From the NCBI GenBank assembly GCA_002633005.1, contig NMRA01000126.1, forward strand, positions 481,883 to 545,882: 64,000 bases of DNA, in the 5' to 3' direction. The notes under the pieces are model-generated. The model was not told the DNA's origin. It did no database searches and saw only the letters and a program-made list of their open reading frames with translations. This document shows, one piece after another, positions 50,218-64,000 of this stretch. This DNA comes from Phoronis australis (Eukaryota > Animalia > Phoronida). Position numbers and translations under genes: made by a program. The stretch's first letter is position 1; every line of letters begins with the position of its first letter.

Positions 50218-52968
50218 TATTTGAACGCTAAACAAAAACCAACCATTTGTCAGAATACACTAGTTTGCTCAATGTGTATTAAATGGTATGACAATACCCA
50301 CCAGTTATGTTGCCAGTGACCATCCTTCTTTTGGTTGTGTGACCATAGGCAAATCTAGGGGTCAAGGGTTCAGTGCCCGGTATGATTAAAATATCCTTAA
50401 TAGGGACTCAACTAAGGTCCTGAATCTTTTGGATATTTGTGTCGTTCTGTACTCACAAATGCAACATTTTTCTATCATTTTATTTTTATTATGAGCTCCT
50501 CTTTAACTAATGACATTTTCTAATAATATAATTATAATCTTAACCCTTAATTCATTGAAAATGAATTGGGATGTAAAAATCACTCTCGCTTTGTATTAAA
50601 GTAAAAAATTCACGTAATAATGACACTAAAACAGTTTAAGATAAGAAAGAACATTCAATGTTTTCACAAGTCCACAAGCATGCATTAGATTTAGTAACCT
50701 TAGTTGAGTCTCTGTTTGGGACTGTTTCATGCAACCGGGCATTGGACCCCCCTTTTACCTTGATTTTATTGATATCAAATCTAGAATTTTCAAATTGTTG
50801 ACTTGGACCCGTTTCTAAAAAACCCTGGATTTGACCCCTTTTAAAAAATCCTGGATCTGCTCCTGGTGGCTGACCGTCCTTGAAATGTTTTCTGAAATTC
50901 AGTTTTTCTTTTTGTCTTACCCTGAATCCTCGGAGGTGGGTTGGCGGCTAGGTAAAGTATTTCAGTTCCCAATTGCAAGCCAGTATAAAGATTATGTAGT
51001 TAAATATGAAACAAAATACAGGAAGCGTTGATTGAAAACATTTGTTCCATTTTACTGCCTAACTTTGAAGCAAAGTTAGATAATTATTTACTTTTAAAAG
51101 TTTCAATGTACACTCTCTGAGGGGTGCAAAAAGCCTACATATTGTACGCAGGTGAAAATGGCAATAATTGCAAACGATCCCTTAAGTTGTTTCTTTTTAA
51201 AATAACATTTGCACAAACTGTGCTTGACTTATAATGAGTATGATCAGCATCCATGTTGTTAATTTACTTGTGATCGTGTTTGATACATTTTGATCTTGAT
51301 AGACAAGTGTCATTCAAAATTCAACACATTATCCAATTCCCACCAAGCAATCACTCTGTCACACTCTGCTGTGAGAAGCTAGCAGCAATGGTAAACCCAT
51401 TTACTTGGACAAGGTTTTAAGCAAGTGAAAATCCCATTGATTCTGTATGTTTTTCTGTCTTATCTCGTGTCAGTTTGGTAGATTATCCCAGCGTTATCTC
51501 TGCTTCAAGTGCTCTGTGTTACGTAGGGTTTTAGAGTGAAGAGACTTGAGCAGTTGACTGCCTCGAAAGATTCTTCAGGACTGATAAGGTGGTTATTTTA
51601 AATGAGAACAGCGCCATTATGATCTAGTCTAACTGTTTTCTGCATGAAACTAGGTTAATTGTGTTACAACCAATCACAAGGCAGTGAATTTGTCTCTCGG
51701 TGCACGCCATATCTTAATTACCGTAGATATGCACGTAGATATGCTAGTGAACTAGAATGAACAATTGGTTGCCATAGTAACAAAGTTTAACTATTTGAAG
51801 GTGCATTTTCATAAAGTGTAAAATTTGCATTGTCCAAATGATCATTGTAGTATCCAGAAGATCTATTTTTCTTCGTTACATCATTGATATCTCAAATAAT
51901 ACATACCGTAGGTGCCAAAATAGAAATACGGTTGTCCATGATGGTTTCTCAGCGAGATGATATCTATGTGTTTCTATGAATAGATTAAAACAATTGCTTG
52001 TTCTATTAGATTTGTTATTTAATATTAAGTTATTATTTGTTTGGTTTGCCAATTGAAATTACATCAAGAACTCCTTTACATTGTTCTGATTTTTTTTTGT
52101 CATTAATTGTGCCATTATAAAACTCTCAGCTGATTATTAGTTAAATGTCTCTGGGCCTTTAATCAGAAATTATTGATTGTGATAGTACCCTTCTGTCTGT
52201 TTGTACTTGCCTGTTGCCATGATTTGCTATGTACAATTTTAATTCCGCTAATGAAAATTCCCGAAATGTGATTCAGAGTACGGAATACCTTGTTGGTCCC
52301 AAACACTTTTAATTCTAAGATAAGATAGCGTTTTTCTAGTTTGCCTTTCTCAAATCTGTTTTACTTACACAGGGTAAGGTATTGTATGACAGATGTCTAC
52401 TTTGCCTAAATCGGATTAAGATGATATTATCAAGATCAAAACAGATATTTATTTCTATGATTCCGTAATCGCCAAGACTGTGGATGTTTTCTATTCCTAC
52501 GTATGTCTAAATCTCATTTATTATATGGTTTGGACAGATTACAGTGCTCGGCGCTTAGATTAACGCCAACTTACCGAAATGTGACTTAGCAAAAATCCCT
52601 GGTCGGCGCCAAATGAAAACTGAGGCTGCCAAAACTGAGTTCGGAAGCCGCCATCAGTCAGTTTGTTGATTTTCAGGCCCTATGACTGTCATACTTGAAC
52701 GGATTCTCCATTATGCTTGAAAACGAGGTGTCATGACCAAACTACAGTGGTGCATGTATACACTACCTACAGACCCTTTCATCAGGCCCTCAGCACAGCC
52801 TTGTTGTAAACTGAGAAGTTAGGTCAACTGTTCATACCAGCTTTGGTAATTAATGACATCAAGTAAATGGTAGGCGGGACCTGTCACCATGGAAGTTATC
52901 ACAAGGTGGTGCTGATGTATACAGGTTGGCATTAGAGGTAGATTGAGAAATGGCCAGTTTTTCGTCTC

Positions 52969-53165
52969 GTGCATGCTTAGATTTACATGTAATAATAAAA
53001 CTTACTTCTAATTTGACTGGTGATTATTTGAGCAAAATATTAGCAAATATTAGATACGACACTGCCCTTTAATTGTTGACGATAGCATTGGCTCCTGGCG
53101 ATAACGTCCATGAGACTGACATTAACCGTTCATATCACACCCGCACCATCAACGCTCTGCTATTA
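52969..53165 (+). mobile_element. Partial copy 2 of the same MITE
   Basis: ACGACACTGCCCTTTAATTGTTGAC..A.AGC...GGC.CCTGGCGATAAC matches 42694-42745. Confidence 0.7.
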
Positions 53166-54442
53166 AAGATGCTATGCCTCATTAAGTTGTGAATATGCAA
53201 ATGAAGTACTACTTTACTAATAGCCCAGGGAAGAACTCTGCACTCACATGAAGTGGGGAGATACGTTAGGATTCACGGTCGAACAAAGTCTGGGCCAAAC
53301 CTTTCACGTTGTGATTAAGTAATCCAACCAATTTTGATAATTTCGCTTGTCTGGTCTCTTGAGCGTACTAACTTTGGTGCCGTACCAAATTTAGAGGAGT
53401 CTAAATCACCTTTCCCATTGGGTCTAAAATGCTTGTGGTCCAGAAAGAATTTTAGTTCACAGTACTAAATCCTTTAATGCAAAAGGCCCTTTAGAATTAT
53501 TTTATTTCTGTCCCAATGAATGGATGGGTGATTAGTCTGAGCCAGGAGCTATTTTGTTCACGGGAGGGGGGATTACCTGACCATCACGGGGTAACCTCAC
53601 TTTTCAGATTTCATTCTCCCAAGAACATCCATGGTTATGACATTTCCTTTATTGCAATGCGAACAGGTTTGCATAACTTTGACTTAATGTTTCACAAGTT
53701 TCCTATCATACTAATGTTCGTGATCACCTTTTGCACAGGTTTACCCTTGGAGTCCCAAGAGATGGAGGGACATGTTACCACATCAAAAGCCTTAAGCTCC
53801 AATTGCTCCTGTGCTCAAGGCTGATCTATTGTCTATCTATTGGCCAGGCTTGAATATGTGCGATCTTATCAGATCATAAACAGTCTGTGGTAACAAACTC
53901 AGACTTAATTAACAAAAGCCTAAAATTTTGGGAAAATAACCTTCAAAATGTTTTTCGGTCAGAATAATTAAGGCAGTTCGTTCTTCATTTTTCATCGGCT
54001 ATCTTTTCACTCAAATCACAATTTCAATTAAATTACTTCTCAAAGACTGAATTTCTGACTGCAGATTACGTCTCCATGTCCTCAGTTAAGGGATTTAGTC
54101 CACATACAGTTTAAAAGTTCAATAGCCAGTGCCAACGTATCTGGATTTTCAGAGAGATTTGGGGTAACAGGCTGTTGTTGAAGAAAATCTCATGATTTAG
54201 TTGTGTTTAATTATCTTAGCTGTGAATAATGATTTGCACATTCTCTATCGTTTTCTCAATTGTTTTGATTTTATGAACATTTTGTGAAATTGAGATGATA
54301 AAGAAAGTTGGTCTAAAAACAAGTCTTCTCATTTTCCTGTTTATTCTACAGTGCTCTCATCTAAACTTGAGAGTTACCATATTCTACTAAGCTTCATGAA
54401 TCTACTATTAGGTCCCTTTCATAGTAATGTTGATGCATCCAT

Positions 54443-54905
54443 GTTGCAGTCAGTATGAATGGTTAATTTAGTCCTGAATCGAAGTCAACAGGACTAGTTA
54501 ACTTGCAGTAAACAGGTGAATTCACAGCAGAGCGTCGACGCTGCAGTGCAGTTTGAACGGTCAATGTCAGTCTCATCAAAGTTATCGTCAGGTACCACTG
54601 TTATGGTCAACAATTAAAGGGCAGTTTCGTCACTAATTGTTAGATTTTGCTTGAATAATCGCCAATCAAATTACAAACAAGTTTTATGTCAATTAGCGCA
54701 TGTTCTCAAATCACGTTAAAAAATCTTAGCGTGCACGGGGTGCATCATCGCTACCTTGCAAATACTTCAATGATGACAGCGTCACCTACCGTTTACTTCG
54801 ATGCCGTTAACTACCAAAGCTGGTATAAAGGATTCAATTAACTTTGCAATTTACGTCAACGCTCCGCTCATACCAAAGTTAAAAAAAGTAAGTATGAAAG
54901 GGCCT
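54443..54905 (-). mobile_element. Copy 3 of the same MITE, inverted
   Basis: Reverse complement of 42424-42875 (AGCGTCGACGCT palindrome, GCTACCTTGCAA, CAGCGTCACCTAC, TTAACTACCAAAGC). Ends AGTATGAAAGGGCC. Confidence 0.75.
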
Positions 54906-56603
54906 TTAAATTTACTGTGAAAGTAATGTTACAGTATCCTCATATCAGCATACAAAAGAATTACTGATGCATATTATTAGCGATGCAAATTATGACACTG
55001 AACCTTTGTTGACAACAACACCTTGAAGTTAAGGTTTCCCCTTGCACATTTTCAATTTTCAAAAGCTTTTATCATTGTTTTGAAGGCCTAAAGTTTCTCA
55101 AAGCATTGTTCAGTGGCAGCCATGTCATGGAACTTGAGAGAGATAAAGCCTTTATTTTGTGTTATTTACCTTAAATGAAAAATGATCGAAAAATTCATTC
55201 TTCCACAGTATTGTGTTATAAACTGGTAGGATTTCATGTAGTATTTCCCTGTTATTATGTGAAATGTGATTTTGAGATTTTTTAAAAGCTGTTTCAGTAT
55301 AGCGACTAAATAGTGCTAGGGTGGCACAGTGTATGGTGGACAGTGAACAATTTGGGTAGAAATCTTGTATGTATGCGTTGAGATTTCAAGTTCTGTAAAT
55401 TCTTGGCATTTGACATATCATCAAATTACCACTGTTTTGCTTTAGGATATGTAAATTATTCAAGCAAAAATTTGTCACATAGTTGAATGTCCAAAAATGA
55501 AGGAAATTGTGTTTTGCTTTTTTGTCAATGCTCACAAAGATTTTAAAAGTGGGTCAAGCAGAAATCGTTTTTAAGCTCTGGCTAGAGTTGTGTATCAAAT
55601 TTTACCACTTGAAATTTTCTATGGTGGTTAGGCAAGGCCATTGTGTTGCTTAACTGGTTTTCTTGAACAACAAGATGCCAAGTATTTTGCTTGTCTTTTT
55701 CGTCTGGACTTTGATGACTAAGTAACCTTAAAGCAACGATAAACCTGAATTGGTTAAAGAAACTAAGTCTTTATTTAGACTACTTATGGCTTTCAAATTG
55801 TCCTCAACTTTATCCTTACTCAACTGGTCATTCTGAGCTAGCACTTTCATCATTGCTCGAGACCGTGCTCGGCGAATAAAATGACAAGACATGCCAAGTC
55901 TGCGTGTAGAGTATTGTCTCAAGAGATAATAAACTTTATACCACAGTATCAGCCTCGAATGGTCAATACAACCATGTAATAACCCATTTAGTTGTCTCAC
56001 AAGTGAGATAACATTTGGGCGGGAATCGAGGCCTGAATTCGGTCTGCAAGAGTTTCGAGTCATCGACTTCATCACTGCACCACTCAGCGGCTGATGTCAT
56101 CAAACATGAAATGAGCACGCGCAAGAATTGCATGTTCTACAAGGGGCATTGTACCAACATTTATATGCTATGAAAAATAAGACGCATAACTTTCTTAAAA
56201 ACCATATTTCAATTCAGTGAAATTTATCTCTCATTTTCTCTCACTTGTAAATCACCGATCTCCAATTTGAATGCAGGTATCGTGTCGTCAGGATCCTTTG
56301 ACTTGAGCATTATACTCAGTTACTATTGGTAACCAACTTTAGCAGACGATATTTTCTCGGTCGAAGCTTAGCGTGATAAAATGTGTAGTAAGTTATAATA
56401 GTTGCTAAACCTTAATTTATAGATTCACTTTCTTTCCATTTTGTTTAAATTTTCAATTGGTTTTGAGTAAAAGCATTATTTGACAAAAGTAGCTCGGCTT
56501 TTCTAAAAGGTCACAACCTCCGACCCCGGGCCGAGTCAAGAAAGGTAGATCGAGTCATTGCAATGTTTCTCGTTCAGTATGTGGTATAAATAGATTATTA
56601 CAT

Positions 56604-56740
56604 GTTCTCAATCGTCATTCCCCTTATCTAGAGCCCGAGTGGATTTTGGAGAATTATCGCTCTCAGGGCTGACGTCCCTCGGGCGATAATTCTCCAAAAT
56701 CCACTCGGGCTCTAGAGTACGGGGAATAACTACTGAGAAC
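56604..56740. repeat. Long hairpin/palindromic element
   Basis: Perfect 34-bp arms at 56627-56660 and 56683-56716, with imperfect pairing extending to GTTCTCA/TGAGAAC. Confidence 0.9.
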
Positions 56741-57155
56741 TTATGATACTCTATATGTCAGTTCTTTCCAAGCCAAGGAGGCATATCAATTTTTAGTGAG
56801 GATAAATTTGAGACAATTTTCATAATGGTAAGTGGTTCAGATCAAAAGTTGTTTTTTGTGACTGAAGGTGAGTTTATAGCTTTTTAACTAATGTTGTGAT
56901 AAAATGTGTTACTACACTTTTGTCACCCATGGTGTCCTTGATATGCCACCATAATTCTACTTCATTTTAAATTTTGAAAGCCATCAACACTTTAGCACAT
57001 AGTAAAGAAGTACTCCTTAAAGTTCAATGGGCCAGTTTTAAACTATGGTAAAATCCCGGCAGTTTTAACACACAATATCTCCAACAAGTGAAATTATATT
57101 TTATTGTCTTTTCTATGAAACATATACAGCTCCAAATTAATGTTTTCCCCATGTT

Positions 57156-57340
57156 CAAATTTTGTACCAGTGCTATCATCACACAAAGATTTGGACCAGT
57201 GCTGTCATCAGACAAAGCTTTGTACCAGACAGTACTGTCATCAGACAAAGTTTTGTACCAGTGCTGTCATCAGACAAAGTTTTGTACCAGTGCTGTCATC
57301 AGAGAAAGATTTGTACCAGTGCTGTCATCAGACAAAGCTT
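57156..57340. repeat. 29-bp minisatellite, about 6 units
   Basis: Unit AAAGTTTTGTACCAGTGCTGTCATCAGAC. One unit has a 4-nt insertion. Confidence 0.92.
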
Positions 57341-60300
57341 CGAAAAGTCCTTCATAACCATGTGAGAAGCATTTGAAAAATGAAAAAGGGCATTTTGGTA
57401 TTTATGTCCAAAATTGGGATGGGTTTACCATATATTTTGGAAAGAATAAATGAACGCTTTACTTTTCAACTTTTGTTATGACCATTGCTGTGTGACTGAA
57501 CTGTTGTCATTGTATTGGGAAAGTGTTAAAGCATGTAAGAATTAATTTTGACTACTTAGGATGGCCTATGTGCCACTGATTCCTTAAAAATATTAGTTCA
57601 AGAAAACAATTATGTTGTCCAGATACTTGTTGAGAACCACTGAACTATTTGAAATGTTTCATTTGGGTACAAGTAAATGTAGTTTGTGGAGATCTATGCA
57701 GGTGTTTAATGAATTTGCATATTGTGGTTTTACTCAACTCAAGGCTAGTTCAGGCATGGGCACTTGATGGAATTACATCAACAGCAAACATTTTGACACA
57801 GTTTAACTTTTCATAGAACTGTTACTAGACATTCCAATATATGATAAACACACTTACTTTAAACAAGGATTTTTGTAGTCTTAAGAAATGCACCTTACTT
57901 TGCCTTTATGTTCTGTGGGGTCTTGTCTTCACCTGATGGTGCTATGAATGCCTGCATGCAGCCCTCTCACCAGCTAATGTTACACTTGTGTGGTTTGTAT
58001 TGTTCAACGCTCACGATTTGATATTTGTCACGTCCACCTTTTTTTTCACTTTCTTAAATCTCGTGAATGCCTGACTAGATTTCAGTGTAGCTTAATTTCC
58101 CCCAAATCTCGATTCAGGGATATCACTATGCAGGGATTGCAAATACTCAAAATTATTTGTACGAAGGTGATGATAAATTGGTAACTTTATGTTTCACACT
58201 TACTTGATGTTGATATGATGTTTAAAATATTTCCTTTTCTTTTATATACCGTTGATAAAAATCTAATCAAAATATTAAGTTGTACTACATTTTGTCTGAC
58301 GTTGGATTTTCAGTGTAAACTTATTGGATAGTACCTCCAACACCTTCAGCTAATTTGAATACTGAGAAATTTGTTTTGTAAAATTTTAATTTGGCAGTCA
58401 TCTATTAAATCATCATTTCTGTAATAACTACCCAACATTATGTTTATCATTTTTTTATTTTCTTCGTTTTAAAATGAATAACCATTTTTCAAAATTACCA
58501 TGAAATTCATTCTTTAGACGAAAATTTTTGCTAGAATTGTCATTTTTCTATTTTCAGAGACTCTTTACGTTGCTGCCAATGATGAAATTTCCAAATGTTG
58601 GATGAAACAATTTTGCTCGAAGCAAAATAAAATTTCCTGAAACATTTTGTTGTGAAACAGGGATATTCCTGACCAGGTTTGAACCTGTGCCCTTTGGGCG
58701 CACCTGATCTTAAAAAGTGTGCCTTTTTTCAAAAAGTTGTGGCCAACAGACTTCGTGTAATTAAAGTGGGAACATGTGAAACAGAAATCCCAAGGGCAAT
58801 CAAAACGAGAACAGAGTCATGTTTTACTCGACTCGCTGTAAGTTGACAAAATCTTGCATTTTTGGAATAGTGCCAGTGTCCCAAAGGGAAGACTTGTTGC
58901 TGTACTTGTTTGTGTTTAGTGACCATTAACTTGGGTAATATTGGCTTATCTGATTTTAGGTGGTATTGAGCATACCTAAAACTGGGTGTCAAATTCCTTG
59001 GTCTGTATGATCAGACAGATTGGTCGCCTCCAGTGTAAAAAAGCAAGTTGTATTGTGACTAGTCTCGAAGTATGTCGTCAACTTCATTTGGTTTTATGAT
59101 TGCACAACAGAATTACAACACTAGTCCATAGAATATATACACAAAAGAGAAAGTGGTTGTGGGTTTTTTTGCTTGAAGTTACAAAGGTATTTACAAAGGT
59201 TATAGTGATAGATCCTGAGTTGCTTATAATCAACTGTTTTCATTTGATCACTGTATTTATGAAAAAAGTACAAAAGGATGGAAGCTGCCTACAAAAGAGA
59301 GTTATTTTTTCATTGTGTTAAATCTTTAAGGAGAACATTCATGTCAAGAAATTGCAGCTTGGTACCCTAGACCCAGCTGATTCCTTGTGAATTGTTTTGA
59401 TCAGTTTACTTTGCATACTTATACCAACCTTTCCAATTGAAAGGGGGCCATGGGTGGCTCTCGAATTGCGATTTGACCTCGACAAATGAATTCTTTTACT
59501 TTGACGCTCTTTTGGAAGGCCATAAGAACCAGAGGGATCACCGTGGGCACGTGCTCCCCTCCCCAATATCTTTAACTTTCGTAACCAGGCCTCTAGTGTT
59601 GATTATGCTCTAGATTTGAAATTCAAACAATTATGGCCCAGCCAGCTTTAATGCACCCTGGATCATTTTAACTTCCCTATAGGCTGTTTTTGACTTGTAA
59701 TAGATGCACATGCTAACATTGGCAACTAAGCTCACAAGTATGCTTTTGTGCATTAAGCGATTTAACATAAATTTCCCCTTTTGTATTTCTTGGGTAGTAA
59801 GATCATGTGCTGAAAACACAGTGTTTGCTACAGGCGGGAGGCAAAACCTTTCCTTATGAATCCATTTCCATAATTTTTACCACTTTTACTTTTTCTTTTT
59901 AGTAACTAAATAGAAACATTTTTTTTCGAAGTTACAGACTTGGGCCATATTTTTTAGCAAAATGGTTATTTTCATTGTTCGAAATTAAGGATTTTTTACA
60001 TTAAGCTGACATTTGACCTTCTGATATTTACATCAGCAAATGAAAGTGACTAAGGTTAACCCAAGACCCCATGTAGTGTTAATAAAACTTTATGGAGAGT
60101 TTTGAAAGTAAGATGAGTAATTCAATACCATGCAGGAGGGTTCTGCTTTGACAAAGCAAATTCCTTGAAGGAGGGTAAAGTCTGAAACCCAATTGATAGT
60201 GACATTGAAAGCTTAGGGTTGTTTTGCGGTGGTTTTGCCATTATCTGGGGACATGCTGGTAAAACTTTGTTTGAACTTTTAATAGCGTAATTGTGAACAT

Positions 60301-60482
60301 ATCATTGTTCTGGCCTTTTTGAAATCTGTACAACTAGTGTTTAGTTGTTGATCTGTGTTATAATTGAAGATCAGTTTATGAAAAAAATGAAGAGCTTTAG
60401 TGTTTAGTTGTTGATCTGTGTACTGAATATCAGTTTATGAAAAAAATGAAGAGCTTTGCAAAATGTGATAATTGTTCCCTCA

Positions 60483-60827
60483 GCTGCTAAACCTAGATCC
60501 ACAACACTGTTAAACCTAGATCCATAACGCTGCTAAACCTAGATCCACACCGCTGCTAAACCTAGATCCGCAACGCTGCTAAACTTAGATCCACACGGCT
60601 ACTAAACCTAGATCCACACCACTGCTAAACCTAGATCCACACCTCTGCTAAACCTAGATCCACACCTCTGCTAAACCTTTATCCGCACTGCTGCTAAACC
60701 TGGATCCACTCCGCTGCTTAATCTAGATCCACACGGCTACTAAACCTAGATCCTCGTAGTTGCTAAACTTAGATCCACACCTCAGCTAAACCTAGATCCA
60801 CACAACTGCTCAACCTAGATCCACACT
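60483..60827. repeat. 23-bp minisatellite, 15 units
   Basis: Unit GCTGCTAAACCTAGATCCACAMC. Confidence 0.95.
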
Positions 60828-61165
60828 ACTACAGTAAACTGAACTTAAACAATCATTCCAGGAGTAAGTTCTTCTAGCCAAAAGGTAACTCATAGTGTGG
60901 ACGGCACTTNGTGGTTTTGCCATTATCTGGGGACATGCTGGTAAAACTGTGTTTGAACTTTTAATAGCGTAATTGTGAACATATCATTGTTCTGGCCTTT
61001 TTGAAATCTGTACAATTAGTGTTTAGTTGTTTATCTGTGTATTGAAGATCAGTTTATGAAAAAAATGAAGAGCTTTAAATTAGTGTTTAGTTGTTGATCT
61101 GTGTACTGAAGATCAGTTTATGAAAAAAATGAAGAGCTTTGCAAAATGTGATAATTGTTCCCTCA

Positions 61166-61648
61166 GCTGCTAAACCTAGATCCACAACACTGTTAAACCT
61201 AGATCCACAACGCTGCTAAACCTAGATCCACAACGCTGCTAAACCTAGATCCGCAACGCTGCTAAACCTAGATCCACAACACTGTTAAACCTAGATCCAC
61301 AACGCTGCTAAACCTAGATCCACAACGCTGCTAAACCTAGATCCGCAACGCTGCTAAACCTAGATCCACAACACTGTTAAACCTAGATCCACAACGCTGC
61401 TAAACCTAGATCCACACCGCTGCTAAACCGAGATCCGCAACGCTGCTAAACCTAGATCCACACGGCTACTAAACCTAGATCCACACCACTGCTAAACCTA
61501 GATCCACATCTCTGCTAAACCTTTATCCGCACTGCTGCTAAACCTAGATCCACTCCGCTGCTTAATCTAGATCCACACGGCTACTAAACCTAGATCCACG
61601 TAGCTGCTAAACCTAGATGCACACCACTGCTAAACCTAGATCCACACT
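61166..61648. repeat. 23-bp minisatellite, 21 units
   Basis: Same unit, in the second copy of the duplicated block. Confidence 0.95.
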
Positions 61649-64000
61649 ACTACAGTAAACTGAACTTAAACAATCATTCCAGGAGTAAGTTGTTCTAGCC
61701 AAAGGGTAACTCATAGTGTGGACGGCACTTGAATTATGGCTTAATAAAACTTTTAAACAAAATTATGGTGTAAACATTTCAGACTTTTGTTTTTAAGTAA
61801 TAAAAACTTTTAATGTTTTATTGCCAAGTGTTTAGCTCCAACATCTGTGCTAAAGGACCTAATACTTTTAGAGAAACTTAAATTTCAAATATTAATTGGA
61901 GCCTATCTTGAACATTCTTTGTTGTTGCGCTTTGTACTATAAAACATAAGTGCCTAAAGACAGAGAATCTTAAATTGTAGCAAAAAATCGGAGATTGAGA
62001 TATTTGAATTTTAAATTTTATATGACAGTTATGCTGTCTCTAGTTAGAGTACTATCTGTGATGGAATTCTGTTTCTTTTTCCCCATGACTCCAATTACAC
62101 GTGCACATAAGGAATGTATCTTTTTTCGCATTCTGTGAGAACCTTTTATGGTCTGCCATTGTTTGATTTTCGCTTTGTCAGCCATTTAGTTTGGTGCACT
62201 CTATTAAAATGAAAAACCAGGCCATCAATTGCCTAATTTCTTTTCTCAAGCACGTCATCTGAGATTGAATGACCCCCTTTAAACATTTTCATGTATTTAA
62301 GTTCGTAAAGAATGCTTAGGAAAATTTTGAAGATTCCCTCCAGGCAAATATTAACCTTGCTGGTTATTTTGTAAATTCTTCTTACAAAATCATGGTAATG
62401 GATGATTTAGTGAAAAACAAATTACTTAGTCTTTTATCCAACTAATCGTCTATTTCATTACAAATGGTAGTTGAATTGTTAGATGTGATCCTAAATAAAA
62501 TGCAAATTTTTCCTGCTAAGGCTTAAACTGACTAGGAAGTAACATACAATTGTTAGCATTTCTTCAAGTTAATTTATCAATAAAAACATAATTATCAAGT
62601 GGATTTTTGGAATAAATCTTTAGTGTGAAAGAACACCAATGAATTCAAAGAAGAGAGTTTGTCAGGATGTTTGTATTGTATCACAGCTTTCTGTATGTGT
62701 TTGCACCATTTGTTTTAGATCAGTCTCTCCTATCATAACTGATGTGCCTGATGAAGATCCAGGAATGAATGTATATCCTGTGTTCATGTGTTTATATTCT
62801 CTTCGTTTTCTGAAATGAGTATTGGGTAACAATTGCATCTGTTATTCCCAACTTATGAGAGGATTCTGATGAAGTTAGAAAAATTGTGTGGAAGCACTTG
62901 TATTAAGAACAATTTACCACCAACGCACTTAGAAATTCAAAGCACATTTTTGTAACTTTTGAAGGTTTGCTGTATGCTGTTTGTCAAAACATGAGGTTTT
63001 AAAAAAAGGAATCTTGACTATTTAAGCTAGTGAACTAAATTACCATATCCCTGATGTCTCTGTTGGCATTTTACGTAGTGAGCTATTCTGCAATTTGTTG
63101 TTTTGGATTATTTTGCTGCCCTGAACTGGGTTTGGAATGTATGAAAACTGAAAACAGGCTATTTGCTGTTATAACAATTGTGCAGTTATTGCACTAAAGC
63201 TTCATAATGAAAAACCTTTAGTGGAAAATTGAGTTAGCTGTCCTAACCGTTGACAACACCTGCCTTTTATCATATTTTAGTGGAGTCTATGCCTGTCATA
63301 TGAATTATTTGCACTAATCCAACTCTGACAATGCAGCATCAAAATGTGTTGACTCTTTTAAGATAATCAGTCATTAGTTTGGAGATTTGTTTAGTTCCGT
63401 TTTTTTTTTTTGGAAAATTTGCTTTTCTGATTTGGTTCTTTTTCCATAATTATCTGGCACTACCTTGTGATTGTTTGGATAACTTTTAGGTGACTTTTCA
63501 TTGGCTAATGTGTTTAATAGAGTGGCTATGGAAATATAATTCTGATTAATTATCCTAAGCGATCTCATTTATAAACTACCTTAAGCAAAGATTTTGGTGT
63601 GGTGACTCAAAGCTGACCTATTTTTAAGTACATATAGTATATCTTATATCTTTGGACAATGTAACGCAACATATCCTGAAGCCAGTTTCTTTTGATGCAG
63701 CGGAAAAGCATGAGTTCAATTCGCGCTCCCTCGTCATTGTCTCATTTTTTACTGAAAACCAATATCGGATGTTAGCAACAATTGAATGCTCTTATGACGT
63801 CACAGCCACTGGGGCTCTTGTCTTGCTATGGGCGATTAGACACTGGTCTTCTTACTTTTCATATGCTGCCGATCTAGCAAATAACCTCTTGGGCACAACT
63901 GAGCTTTGAAAGTTAACCGCAAAAAGTAGTTGGTTGTGAAACACAAGTTTGTGGAATACCCTCAGGCTTCAAACGATGTGGGCACTTTTGTGCAACAATT

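Larger units (their letters stand above)
60229..61730. other. Direct duplication (60229-60909 and 60911-61730) joined at an N; probable assembly or haplotype overlap
   Basis: Near-identical flanks on both sides of the single N at 60910. Confidence 0.8.

Noticed and set aside
57024-57376. Four overlapping repetitive ORFs (VLSSDK / CCHQTK)
   Set aside because: They are translations of a 29-bp tandem repeat (not a multiple of 3) with no splice or homology support.
60483-61648. CRISPR-like regular repeats (constant CTAAACCTAGATCC core)
   Set aside because: The period is only 23 bp with mutually similar 'spacers', there are no cas genes, and the context is eukaryotic. It is an ordinary minisatellite.

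Overview
AT-rich animal (invertebrate bilaterian-like) nuclear genomic DNA, not prokaryotic. Most ORF-track entries are spurious. Two spliced genes lie tail-to-tail. MRPS6 (mitochondrial ribosomal protein S6, + strand) has 3 coding exons (1005-1049, 4037-4176, 5708-5918; 131 aa). PRDM1/Blimp-1 (- strand) has coding exons 30089-30249, 19292-19411, 14476-14728 and 11553-13228, giving a PR/SET domain plus five C2H2 fingers (about 735 aa from the ATG at 30247), with candidate upstream first exons near 34.1 kb and 37.0-37.2 kb. A probable first exon of a third, divergent gene sits at 678-704 (-). The rest is introns and a gene-free 5' region of more than 25 kb. It contains non-autonomous DNA transposons (a TTAA-flanked Kolobok-like element, Helentron/HINE-like elements, foldback and Harbinger-like MITEs), minisatellites, GATA-rich candidate enhancers and a likely haplotype duplication at the N (60910). 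I found no convincing novel biological system. The most unusual items are a circularly permuted inverted repeat bracketing the MRPS6 promoter, a nested foldback insertion with an in-window empty-site comparison, and possible alternative PRDM1 first exons.
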